From Microgenomates bacterium OLB22 (lineage in GTDB: Bacteria > Patescibacteriota > Microgenomatia > UBA1406 > HO2-37-13b), in assembly GCA_001567515.1 (NCBI GenBank), contig LLEV01000006.1, forward strand, positions 69,039 through 133,038: a stretch of DNA of 64,000 bases, read 5' to 3'. Position 1 is the stretch's first letter, and each line of letters starts with the position of its first letter. The position numbers and the translations under genes are program-made. Below the pieces are notes generated by a model. That model saw only the letters and a program-made list of their open reading frames with translations. It was not told the origin of the DNA and made no database searches. Below are positions 27,110 through 36,702 of this stretch, piece by piece.

Positions 27110-28456
27110 ATGAGCCAATTATTAGTACTACTAGGAGTGTTGAAGAAAGACAAAAGGATCTTGCTATTGTCACTTATCACGATAGCTCTTATAGTGGGAG
27201 CCTTCTTGACATCTTTTTGGGTTGTCCAAAATAAAGCAACGGTACGTAATAGGGCTGCCGAACCTCTGTCATGTCAGCCTATCTATGCCAACTGTAGAGT
27301 ATCTTGCGAAGACTTGAGTAGTGAAGCCAAAAACACCAAATATCTAATCTCTGTTTACAAAAATGTAGGTGGCAAGAGAGTCCCCGAGGAGCCGATCGCA
27401 TCGACAGAGTATAGTTGCTCAGACAGTACCAGGGGCCCTCTCGCTTTCTCCACGGGAGTGCCTGTCGCACTGCAAGAAAGCGAAGAAGTAGAGTGTGAAG
27501 TACGACAAATACACCTGAACCAATCTTGTGTCGCTAAGTCTGACAAACAGACGCAACAATGCGTTAAGCCAGGGGGTGAGCCGACACCGGCCCCCCCACA
27601 GTCTTGTGCATGCAGCCCTGAAGATGGCTGTACTCTCATCCGTGAAGATATCAATAAAAAATACGTGGGGAAACAGGGCCCTGGTCTTGTTGAAATAAAG
27701 ATGCAGTTTCCTGCCTGTTTCAACTGCGATTATGCAGTTGTAAAAGATGCTGCCGGCAAGGAGGTACGTAGATATCAATGTGATGATACCATACGCTACC
27801 ATCAGGCTCAGGTAACAGCGTGTACTACCTATAAGACCGAGTTAGTTGCCAAGGATGGGACTACTAGAACTTGTCAGACATGCGAAAAGGAAGTATGTTG
27901 TCCATCGTGTCAGCCGCTTGAGCAGCTCCCCTCTCTATCTGCCGGTAGTGCCGGTGCCCGAGGCTGTGAGATCCCCAGTAGTGAAAGTCCGGGTTGTACG
28001 TTTGATATAGTTGGAGGACAGCAGTGTCCTGCAGCGGGGAGTACGGTCCAGATCAGGGTTCGACATAGAGTATCCTCTGGTGAACAAGTAGAGCACTGCC
28101 TTATGACAGATAAAGACAATGGCACTACAGGCGAAACTAAGTGTTTTAAGACTACAAAAAGCGAAGAGATCATTGAGGTGCCTTATCCTGATGCTGGTGT
28201 ATATGATCTTCGCTTGCTTTGCCGAGTTGGTGAATTCCCTACTCTCAATGGAGCAGAACCAGATCGTATTCCTGAGGGATTGAGTGATTTTGAGTGTAGG
28301 CAAAGGATGACCGTAGTTTGTGGTGCTAATACAACCCCTCCATCAGGCGGGCCTCCCCCACCCTCTTCTACTCCAACACCTGCAGCGTGTGTTCCGCTAA
28401 AACCAAAATTAAAAATCGAGTGTCCCCAGATAGGATCACAGAAAGTCTGTTTATAA
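27110..28456 (+). CDS. Surface-operon gene 2: large cysteine-rich anchored protein (paralogue A)
   Basis: TM helix followed by 'VRNRAAEP', about 30 Cys, and multiple blocks shared with 28460..29866. Tail 'CVPLKPKLKIECPQIGSQKVC'. Confidence 0.65.
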   Translation: MSQLLVLLGVLKKDKRILLLSLITIALIVGAFLTSFWVVQNKATVRNRAAEPLSCQPIYANCRVSCEDLSSEAKNTKYLISVYKNVGGKRVPEEPIASTEYSCSDSTRGPLAFSTGVPVALQESEEVECEVRQIHLNQSCVAKSDKQTQQCVKPGGEPTPAPPQSCACSPEDGCTLIREDINKKYVGKQGPGLVEIKMQFPACFNCDYAVVKDAAGKEVRRYQCDDTIRYHQAQVTACTTYKTELVAKDGTTRTCQTCEKEVCCPSCQPLEQLPSLSAGSAGARGCEIPSSESPGCTFDIVGGQQCPAAGSTVQIRVRHRVSSGEQVEHCLMTDKDNGTTGETKCFKTTKSEEIIEVPYPDAGVYDLRLLCRVGEFPTLNGAEPDRIPEGLSDFECRQRMTVVCGANTTPPSGGPPPPSSTPTPAACVPLKPKLKIECPQIGSQKVCL

Positions 28457-28459
28457 CCT

Positions 28460-29866
28460 ATGAATACATCTCTTATTAAAGATAAAAGACAACTAGCATA
28501 TCTAGGACTCATGGTACTATTCGTAGTGGTCACGCTCCTTTTTGCACTACGAGATCGTATAACCTTTTTCAATAGAGCAAGTACCCCACAACAATGCGTC
28601 CCAAGTAGTGTGAGCTGTCGTCTTGATGTTGGCTCCCCTATCTCAGGACCTTATCGACTCAAGTTGATCGATGATTCTGGAAAAGAGCTCAAGAAAAGTG
28701 AGGTTTTGGATACCGCGACATTACAAGATGTCTTGACTTACTCATTTGATGCTAGCAAGGTATGTCGCGATGGAGCAAACAGTGTGAATTGTGATAACAT
28801 TGCTGGCTTTAAATGTATTGCTGAGTACACGGACCCACAGCTCGCTCAATGTAATGCCACTACATCATTGAGAAATGAATGTACTCAGGAGGTCACCCCA
28901 ACAGTCCCCGAGCAATGTTCTTGTAGTGAATCAGGTCTTGATTGTGATGGCGGGATCAAGGAGGAGTCTTATAAAAAAGGTGACGAAGTCGGCCCTGGAC
29001 TCATCGAGCTAAACCCTCGTTTCAGCGGGCCTGCCTGTTTTGAGTGCAAACAATTAGTAGTTCGGGATAGTAAAGGTATAACTGAGACGTTTGATTGTAG
29101 TGGGTATCCAAAAGATGCCTCAGGTTTACTACTACCTACACCGACAGTAATTCGGCTACGTCAAGCGCAAGGCTCGGCTTGCATGACATATACACTCGAA
29201 TTGGAGGGTGTAACCGGGAAGACCCCAACGACATCTTCATATGGTGCTTGTGGTGAGTGTAAACAGCAAGTGTGTTGCCCTGCCTGTCAGAAGCCCACTA
29301 CCCTACCCGACCCAAATGATCCATCTAAGCTAAGTTGTTCATCTAATCAATGTAAGTTCTCATTTGTTTCCTTCCCCAACCAATGCCCACGTCCTGGCGA
29401 TACTCAGCGATATGAAGTAGCTATTAGTGCTCCAGGTACATATTGTATAGATGGCGATCAGTATGGCCAATCCAGTGCCCCCGATGACCAATGTCGCACT
29501 GTCACCGCAACAGAGCTTTCGCAAGCTGGAGGCAAGATACTATGGCAGCCATCTATCCCCTATCCTAATGCAGGGGTCTATGACGTGAAGCTGCGCTGTG
29601 ATATAGATCGACTTGATGACCACATCGTGCCTATCAAGACTCCAGAGTATTGTGTCCAGCGTTTCTCAGTGAGTTGTAATGATCGTGGAGGCCCTCCAGG
29701 AGATGGAGGCCCAGGTGAGCCTACAGAGACACCTATCCCAACAGCTACTCCAGTGCCACCGACTAAAACTCCAACGCCAACAAAGGCTATTATCACCCCG
29801 ACAGGTATTTGTACGTTAGATGGTTCCCTATTAAATGTTCGGATGAGTTGTCCTACCTGTAAATGA
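28460..29866 (+). CDS. Surface-operon gene 3: large cysteine-rich anchored protein (paralogue B)
   Basis: TM helix followed by 'FFNRASTP'. Paralogous blocks 'GPGLIELNPRFSGPACFEC', 'VCCPACQK' and 'PYPNAGVYDVKLRC'. Tail 'CTLDGSLLNVRMSCPTC'. Confidence 0.65.
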   Translation: MNTSLIKDKRQLAYLGLMVLFVVVTLLFALRDRITFFNRASTPQQCVPSSVSCRLDVGSPISGPYRLKLIDDSGKELKKSEVLDTATLQDVLTYSFDASKVCRDGANSVNCDNIAGFKCIAEYTDPQLAQCNATTSLRNECTQEVTPTVPEQCSCSESGLDCDGGIKEESYKKGDEVGPGLIELNPRFSGPACFECKQLVVRDSKGITETFDCSGYPKDASGLLLPTPTVIRLRQAQGSACMTYTLELEGVTGKTPTTSSYGACGECKQQVCCPACQKPTTLPDPNDPSKLSCSSNQCKFSFVSFPNQCPRPGDTQRYEVAISAPGTYCIDGDQYGQSSAPDDQCRTVTATELSQAGGKILWQPSIPYPNAGVYDVKLRCDIDRLDDHIVPIKTPEYCVQRFSVSCNDRGGPPGDGGPGEPTETPIPTATPVPPTKTPTPTKAIITPTGICTLDGSLLNVRMSCPTCK

Positions 29867-30606
29867 TTATGAACAAACGAATACTAATCGCTGGCGGTCT
29901 GATAGTCATCCTCATTGCCCTTGTAGCAGGACTATTCTTGACAACGCAACAGCAGGACATACGAGAACGAGCGGATGAGCCTACAGCAGCACCACAAAAC
30001 CCATTTACCTCCCCTACCCTGCCGCCTCAACAATGTGGCGGGGATGGCGGTCTGTGTGAGTGGGATGCGGTCCCGGGTGCAACAGGATATTGTTATCGTA
30101 TAGAGAAGAAAGTAGGAGATGCCTTTGTCCCCTTTATTCCTAAACTTGCTAAAGATGACTGCATCCCCACAAATGAGACTAAGGTTTCATTTACCATGGA
30201 GTCAGGTATCCCCTATCGCTGTAGCGTCAAACTAGCTGGAGTGGCATCCATTTGTGAAGCTAATTCAACCGATCAGGCAACATTGACCTGCGGGCAACTG
30301 ACACCAACATCTCCAGCTGGAACTACGACCCCAACTACTGGAGTTGGTACTCCTACAAGCATTCAGGCATCGATCACACCTTCGACCCCCTCAGGAAGTG
30401 CTTCGACAACTCCCACCACTGCTACAGTAGGGGGTGGATCTGGCCCTACTACTGCCTCATCACAAAACAATGCAAATCCTACCGCAGCTACTACCACAAA
30501 TAACCAAACTGGTTCAACGCAGCTCCCGCGTGCTGGACTACTTGATTACTCTGTTGTGATTATTGGATTGGGGCTACTTGTAGTGGCTGTTGGCTTTGTG
30601 CTATGA
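29863..30606 (+). CDS. Surface-operon gene 4: FN3-like protein with Thr/Pro stalk and LPRAG-TM C-terminal anchor
   Basis: TM helix followed by 'IRERADEP'. 'CEWDAVPGATGYCYRIEK' is FN3-like. A long T/S/P linker precedes 'LPRAG' (30523-30537) and a hydrophobic C-terminus. Confidence 0.6.
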   Translation: MIMNKRILIAGGLIVILIALVAGLFLTTQQQDIRERADEPTAAPQNPFTSPTLPPQQCGGDGGLCEWDAVPGATGYCYRIEKKVGDAFVPFIPKLAKDDCIPTNETKVSFTMESGIPYRCSVKLAGVASICEANSTDQATLTCGQLTPTSPAGTTTPTTGVGTPTSIQASITPSTPSGSASTTPTTATVGGGSGPTTASSQNNANPTAATTTNNQTGSTQLPRAGLLDYSVVIIGLGLLVVAVGFVL

Positions 30607-33066
30607 TGATGTATGTGCCTATGAAATCGCGACGTGGTGAGATCGCTACAACTCTTACACTTATTTCCCTGCTTCTGGCAGGTATTGGTACGTTGGTTGG
30701 GGCACGTGTGACGGTCCAACAACGTCAGCAGACACAAACCCTGGCAGCAGGAGCTAGTGGTTGTGGGATGAGCTGTAGTAAAAACTCAGATTGTATGCGA
30801 TCAGTTACTAACTCTTCAGGTGAGGAGGTCACTTTGGCATGTGATATGCGTGTTAAAAAATGCCTTGCTGCTTCAGGAGAGAGAGATCGATGTGATGATG
30901 TCTCCGGTGGTGGAGGTAGCGGAGGTAATTGTGGTGTTGACTGTCGCAATGACCGGGATTGTAATAATACAGATGCAACTGATTCGAGCATTCGGCTCCA
31001 CTGCGACTTCACTATAGGGAGAGCTGCTGGTCGAGGAAGATGTCAAGGATTTCCCAACGGCAAACAGTGTCCCAACATACCGACACCAACGTCACGATTT
31101 GCGGGTGGAGGGACCACTGGTGGATCAGGGGGGCTGAGCCCCATCCCATCTGGTTTCAGACTCCCATCAGGAGACCCCTTCCCCACAGGAGCTCTACGTG
31201 GAGGGACGCCTGGTCCTACCTTTGTCGCAACTACACAGGCACCACAGACAGGCGGGGGCACGTCTTCTAGTCCTCAGGGTAATAGGTTTAGCACTGCAGC
31301 CTTGCGATGTGGTGGGACATTCCGTGTTGAGATAGATCCAGTTATAGACCGTATCCTTATCCGAGGAGGTAGTGGTCAGTCATATGTTCTAGGTAATGCC
31401 GATGAAGTGAGTGGTAGTGATACCGGTCGACGCTCCCCTGTCGGGTATCGTATGTGGATGAGCTTTAGTAGACAACAAATAGATAACATCAAAGTTGACT
31501 TTAGTGAGGGGGTACAGCGCAATGGTCGGTCGAGCTGTCTATCTAGGTCTACGTAGTGGTGGCCATCCTGATCCCGATCTAAACCAAGATGCCGCTGTTG
31601 ATATGTATTATTTCTCCTCTGTCCCGGCATTTGTATTTGATGGAACACCAAAGACTATAGAGCTTGAGTATCACGTACAGGGTAATAGAAGTGGCCGTGC
31701 TGGCACCCCTGAGTATTTCCAGCAGTCTATATCTACTAACGGATGCTCAGCATCAACCACAACGATCATCACAACACCAAGTGCAACGCAGACGCCCCCA
31801 AGGACACCTACACCTTCACGGACAGCGACACCTACTGCAGAAACTGCCCCACCCCCTAGTCCCTGTTCTACTAATGTACATTTCCTTATTGATGCATCTG
31901 AGACTATGCGTCAGTTCATTGAGCCTTCGATGACTAATCTGGTGGCTGCCATAAACGACTATGCACGGGCAGACTTTGCCAGAAATGATAATATTACCGT
32001 CACCCGACAATTCTTTTATAGAGACGTTGAGGGCTCTTCATCCCCTAAGAGTGCGAGGACTATCACTGATGCCGATTTTGCATTTCCGCGAAATAAGCAC
32101 TGGACCAATATTCACGATGCCCTGCAGCAAGGGATCCGTGGCACCACTGTGTTTATCTCTGATGGTCTTCCGTCGGTGCGCAAATATGCGCTCCAAGAAA
32201 AAGCCTGGTGTGTTTTTGGCAACGGGCCTGCGATGAGTGGAGGTGGTTCAGATAAAAAAGCAGACGGATGCGAGCCAGATGCTAATGTGAGTGGTAAATT
32301 CAACAATAATCGTCCATCCTGTTCGCCTCAATGTACTACAAAGACGTACTCAGACGCATACAGAGAGTCGAAATCAGGCTCAGCACAATTTAGCGTGTTT
32401 GTGGCAACTCCAGATGGGGATAGAGGTTTTATGGAGTCTGTTGCCAACGAGACTATAAACTTCTCCGATCTTCCAAATAAGCTTCATGAGATATTTAATG
32501 CTGCTTGTAACCGACCTGCTCAGGGGTTCTTACCTACCGGAAGAGGCACGGGGTCAGCATCACGTAGTGGATCTTCTCAATCATTTATGTCGTCGTTTAC
32601 CATGCAAAATAATTCGTCACGAACGCTATCCGGGATCAGGACTGAGGTGTGTTCAGGGTCAGGGAGCTGCGTCACCTCAAGTCAGCCAGTCCTACTTGGC
32701 CCAGGCCAAAGCTCTCGTGTATCTAGTTTAGTAGGCAATGTGCCACTACAAGGCACCTTCAATGTTAGAAATACACTCCTTTTTGCTGATGGCGGCGAAG
32801 AACAAGGGTCATCACGAACACTTTCAAGGACCAACGGTGTTCAGTATTCTCTGCAGTTGCAAGATAACGGTACTAGATCTACAGTCAAAACCTATACAGA
32901 GGCTTCTGATGTCAATGGTGATGGCGAGGTAAACACGCTTGATGCTGCTACTTGTGCTCGCAGCTATGGAAGTGCCGATGTCCGTTGTGACATCGTGTCT
33001 GATGGTACGGTAAATGCGCAGGATAATGCAGCTCTAATAGGAAATGCAGGAAGTTCAACACAATAA
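30603..33066 (+). pseudogene. Surface-operon gene 5: about 820-aa anchored adhesin (2 Cys modules, Gly-rich region, vWA, dockerin), split by a G5 frameshift
   Basis: 30603..31556 has the TM anchor. 31495..33066 lacks one and overlaps it by 62 nt. Deleting one G from 31508-31512 gives '...VDFSEGYSAMVGRAVYLG...'. MIDAS-like 'LIDASET' at 31891-31905. Dockerin 'DVNGDGEVNTLD...DIVSDGTVNAQD' at 32908-33066. Confidence 0.6.
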
Positions 33067-33068
33067 TT

Positions 33069-33689
33069 ATGCCGAAAATAAAAAGGCAATCCATACAGCC
33101 CTACATCCAAATGATAGTCATCGCAGCGATGCTATGTGGCCTTGCAGGTTTTGTGTACCTTATCATAAATGGTGCTTTGACACTTGATTCACAAGCAGCG
33201 CGAGAGAGACTCAGATGTGGTGAGTCCTGCAATACCAATAGAGATTGTGCTGCCTATGCCAAGAGAACAGCAACCGGTGATGTGATATCTATGCACTGCT
33301 TTACTGGGCGCTATGGGAGACATAGTGTTGGCGATGGGACTGGCTCAGTCTCTTATCGTGGGACATGTGCCCCTCGTGGTCTACGTCCTGCAAGTCGTAT
33401 ACAGGTATTTGAGTCCTGTCGAGGCCTTGAGCCATTTACAAAGTCCCGAGTAGCCCCACTAGTAAGCCCACGACCTACCAGTGGTGCAGTAAATAGGTTT
33501 GCACAGCCCACAAGAGCGAGAAGCCAAGCCATGTGTAACTCTACTTGTGAGGGAAACAGTGATTGCAGGGCAGCACATTTCTGTTATAGTTTTCGAGAGA
33601 ATGGCGCTGAGGTGAAGCGCTGTCGGTCTCGAGTGTGTCGTACAGATACGGACTGTGTTTGTGACCTGAAAGAAGCACCAGGACAATAA
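33069..33689 (+). CDS. Surface-operon gene 6: anchored protein with two CGxxCxxxxDC modules
   Basis: TM helix followed by 'SQAARE'. 'CGESCNTNRDCAAY...C' and 'CNSTCEGNSDCRAAHFC...CRTDTDCVC'. Confidence 0.55.
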   Translation: MPKIKRQSIQPYIQMIVIAAMLCGLAGFVYLIINGALTLDSQAARERLRCGESCNTNRDCAAYAKRTATGDVISMHCFTGRYGRHSVGDGTGSVSYRGTCAPRGLRPASRIQVFESCRGLEPFTKSRVAPLVSPRPTSGAVNRFAQPTRARSQAMCNSTCEGNSDCRAAHFCYSFRENGAEVKRCRSRVCRTDTDCVCDLKEAPGQ

Positions 33690-33896
33690 TCTACTGAGAT
33701 ACTCCTACTTTACCATTGACTATTTACTCTTAACTGAGTTGTTGTTGGTGTTTTCGTCAAGTGTAGTAAACAGAACAAGTGTCCCATATCCCAGAAGTGA
33801 TACAAAGATAGTGGATATTATCAGTAATAAAACTGTAATCTTAGGCAACTTAAGCATTGATCTTATTCTAATGTGACTAACACACAGCTGTAAAGA

Positions 33897-35132
33897 GTGG
33901 GGTATACTTTGCGTATGCGTAAAGACCTTCTATCGGTTTTGTTCCTATCATTTGTGAATATGCTGAATTTTTCGGTGCTCTTTCCTGTCCTCCCCTTTAT
34001 AGTGAAGGCCTATCATGGGTCGCCCGTCGTCTATGGCATCCTCATTTCTATCTATTCTCTTTTTCAGTTCCTGGGTACCCCCTACCTGGGAGCTCTGTCA
34101 GATAGATATGGTCGAAAGCCCGTATTGCTTATCAGCTATGCTGGGACTGTGGGTAGTTGGGTACTATTTGGACTCGCGTACTTCCTCCCCACTGAATTTA
34201 TTGGTCCCCTTGCCTTACCGTTGCTTATGATAGGGTTTTCACGATTAGTTGACGGAGTCACTGGTGGCAATAGTGCTGTCGCATTTGCCTATATGTCAGA
34301 CATTACCCCCCCCGCCGAGCGATCAAAAGTGTACGGACTATCAGGAGCAGCGATGGGACTGGCCATTCTCATAGGTCCGGCTATCGGAAGCCTCACTAGC
34401 AGCACCTCTTATGGGTACGTAGGCACTGCCATAGCTGCTGGATGTATCTCCCTGGGCACGATGATCTGGGTAGCATTCTCGTTGCGAGAATCATTCCCCG
34501 AAGAAAAGCGTACCCGTCACATTGAGTGGAATCCATTTGCACATATGAATATCCTTGAAAAGATCAAGAGCTATCAAGGCAGAAATAATATTAACACCTT
34601 ATTCTTGACACGATGGTTGTTTGGGATCGTCTTCTCCGGGTACACCGCGATAGCAATCCTCTTTATTATTGATCGCTTTAATTTTGGACAAAACCAACTA
34701 GGATGGTTTCTCTTATTCCTTGGTTCATTCTTGATATTCAATCAAGGAGTTATGGTGAGGCGATTTGTAGAGCGTTTCGGAACTGTAAAATCATTGTTGA
34801 TTGGCCTTTTTTGCATTGGATTAGGATTATTTTTTATCATCACAACCCGCTCGCTCGTGGTATACATACTCTATTACTATATTCTCAATCTTGGCTTTTC
34901 TCTCACCATGCCTACATTTAAAGCACTTCTGTCAAGCGCTGTGTCTGAGAGCAAGCAAGGTGAGGTAATGGGTATTGATGAGTCCATCATGGCGCTCACT
35001 GCTGCTATCTCCCCTACTCTATCAGGCGCGCTTTATGAGGTTTTTGGTGGCCTGGTATTCTGGGTCATGTCTGGGATAGTCCTCACGTCGTTGTATTTAT
35101 TGAAAGACCTTTCCAGCGCGGAAAAGACCTAG
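33897..35132 (+). CDS. MFS transporter (drug:H+ antiporter-like)
   Basis: 12-TM layout with MFS motif A, 'GALSDRYGRKPVLL'. Confidence 0.8.
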   Translation: MGYTLRMRKDLLSVLFLSFVNMLNFSVLFPVLPFIVKAYHGSPVVYGILISIYSLFQFLGTPYLGALSDRYGRKPVLLISYAGTVGSWVLFGLAYFLPTEFIGPLALPLLMIGFSRLVDGVTGGNSAVAFAYMSDITPPAERSKVYGLSGAAMGLAILIGPAIGSLTSSTSYGYVGTAIAAGCISLGTMIWVAFSLRESFPEEKRTRHIEWNPFAHMNILEKIKSYQGRNNINTLFLTRWLFGIVFSGYTAIAILFIIDRFNFGQNQLGWFLLFLGSFLIFNQGVMVRRFVERFGTVKSLLIGLFCIGLGLFFIITTRSLVVYILYYYILNLGFSLTMPTFKALLSSAVSESKQGEVMGIDESIMALTAAISPTLSGALYEVFGGLVFWVMSGIVLTSLYLLKDLSSAEKT

Positions 35133-35847
35133 AAAAGCTGTCCATGCTCACGTATGTTAGCTGATTCTCGATATTTGCAATATGTGCATTCAGAGTCGGC
35201 CTGAGGTAGTGTCTGGGCATCAAGGACGTTTTTTTAGTTCGACGATAGTTGGCTCTATCCATTCGTGAGTACTTGTACGGGATCAAGTTGATGCTGAACT
35301 CAAGTTTTGCATCAAATGCTTTAGCATCTTTTTTTGCAGTACAGTAGACAAAATACCCAGTTTTGGAAACATTCATCCCCTTTTGCGTCAGGAGCCATTG
35401 ATAAAACTCCAGTTGGCGTCGATAACTGTCATGCCATCCTCCATCATAGAGCTCAGTGACTGGATAGTCTTTGGCGGTTGCTTTATAGTCGACTACGATG
35501 TATTTGCCATCAGTGTCCTTCCACAGATCGTCAATCGCTCCGTAAAAAGTGATCCCTGTCAACGTATGTGTATACTCGATACCCGTGAAGTTATGTCGCC
35601 ATTTCTCTAGCTCTTCATGATCGACGGGTCGAGCTTGTAGTCCGTAGGCGCTCATCAACGGATGTGCTATACCTTGTGCGCGGTAGCTATCAAACTCCTG
35701 TTTCAACAAGTGATCGACAGCATTATTGAGCATAAAAGGAGGGGTAGAGGGACGAGTGATACCATCGTGAACATCTAGATAAAAACACCGTGGACAAGAG
35801 ATGAATAGCTCTACCTTCGAACGACTGAGACGCAGACGTTTATGCAT
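35083..35847 (-). CDS. PD-(D/E)XK (Cas4/RecB-like) nuclease, C-terminal region probably frameshifted
   Basis: 'CPRCFYLD', 'GAIDDLW...YIVVDYKAT' and 'YRRQLEFYQWLL' are D/ExK and QxxxY motifs. The expected C-terminal Cys pair 'ECTYCKYRE' is in another frame after the T7 run at 35229-35235. That frame would stop at 35129, which removes the 50-nt overlap with the MFS gene. Confidence 0.6.
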   Translation of the reverse strand: MHKRLRLSRSKVELFISCPRCFYLDVHDGITRPSTPPFMLNNAVDHLLKQEFDSYRAQGIAHPLMSAYGLQARPVDHEELEKWRHNFTGIEYTHTLTGITFYGAIDDLWKDTDGKYIVVDYKATAKDYPVTELYDGGWHDSYRRQLEFYQWLLTQKGMNVSKTGYFVYCTAKKDAKAFDAKLEFSINLIPYKYSRMDRANYRRTKKTSLMPRHYLRPTLNAHIANIENQLTYVSMDSFSRSFPRWKGLSINTTT

Positions 35848-35848
35848 A

Positions 35849-36061
35849 CTACTCTGAGGGGATGATAAGCCAGCACAGGAGGTATGGGAGGATACCAGGG
35901 ATACCCCCTGGGAATAGAGCCAGGACCCAGAGGATACGGACTAGTGTGACATCTATATCGAAATGATTGGCGAGGCCGATACACACGCCAGCTATCACTC
36001 TTCCTTCTCTTGGTCGCACAAGTTTTTTCCTTTTTACTCCCATACTGGGATTGTACTGCAA
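35849..36061 (-). CDS. PspC-domain membrane protein
   Basis: 'RVIAGVCIGLANHFDIDVTLVRILWVLALF' matches the PspC domain. Confidence 0.7.
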   Translation of the reverse strand: MQYNPSMGVKRKKLVRPREGRVIAGVCIGLANHFDIDVTLVRILWVLALFPGGIPGILPYLLCWLIIPSE

Positions 36062-36108
36062 AATACAAAAAAACCTAGTGTGTCACCTGGATATTACTCA
36101 AGTGGTAG

Positions 36109-36702
36109 ATGAACAATGAAAATTCTGTTATGATCTCTCACATGGATAACACTACATGCCCTAAATGTGGGTCGCCCCTGGCCCCAATAACAGAGACCGC
36201 AACAGGTAAACAATTGCAACGATGCTCTACCGGCTCATGGAACAAAGACACTCGTCAGAATGAAGGATGTGACTATGTAAAATGGATCACCCCCGAGCCA
36301 CAGACACTTGATGAAAAGTGTCCAAAGTGTGGATCTGCGCTTGTCATGCAGGTGACACGCTTTGGCAAGAAGATGAAGAAATGTTCAACCAATACATGGA
36401 ATAAGGAGACTAAGACAGCCGAAGGATGTGACTACATCGAGTGGATAAGCGGTAAGACAGAGCCTTTGGATGAAGACTGTCCTGATTGTGGTGAAAAGCT
36501 CGTCTTTTATACAACAGCTGCAGGAAAGAAGATGAAGAAATGTTCAACAGCGGGATGGGATAGTGCAAAGCGAGAGCCTACTGGATGTGCCTACGTTGAG
36601 TGGCTCCGTCCTGGGGAGGATCCTACACAGCACCAGCCAAATGGAGAAGAGTTTCTCCCTCCTGAGCCTACAGAAGAAGAGCTTGCTAATCAACCTTTTT
36701 GA
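36109..36702 (+). CDS. Protein made of three tandem topoisomerase-type C4 zinc-ribbon repeats
   Basis: Three roughly 45-aa repeats, 'CP(K/D)CG..L......[10 protein letters not shown]......GC.Y(V/I)EW'. Confidence 0.6.
   Translation: MNNENSVMISHMDNTTCPKCGSPLAPITETATGKQLQRCSTGSWNKDTRQNEGCDYVKWITPEPQTLDEKCPKCGSALVMQVTRFGKKMKKCSTNTWNKETKTAEGCDYIEWISGKTEPLDEDCPDCGEKLVFYTTAAGKKMKKCSTAGWDSAKREPTGCAYVEWLRPGEDPTQHQPNGEEFLPPEPTEEELANQPF

Noticed and set aside
27279-32932. Many antisense or alternative-frame ORFs inside the surface operon.
   Set aside because: They overlap long, paralogue-supported plus-strand genes and have no motifs of their own.
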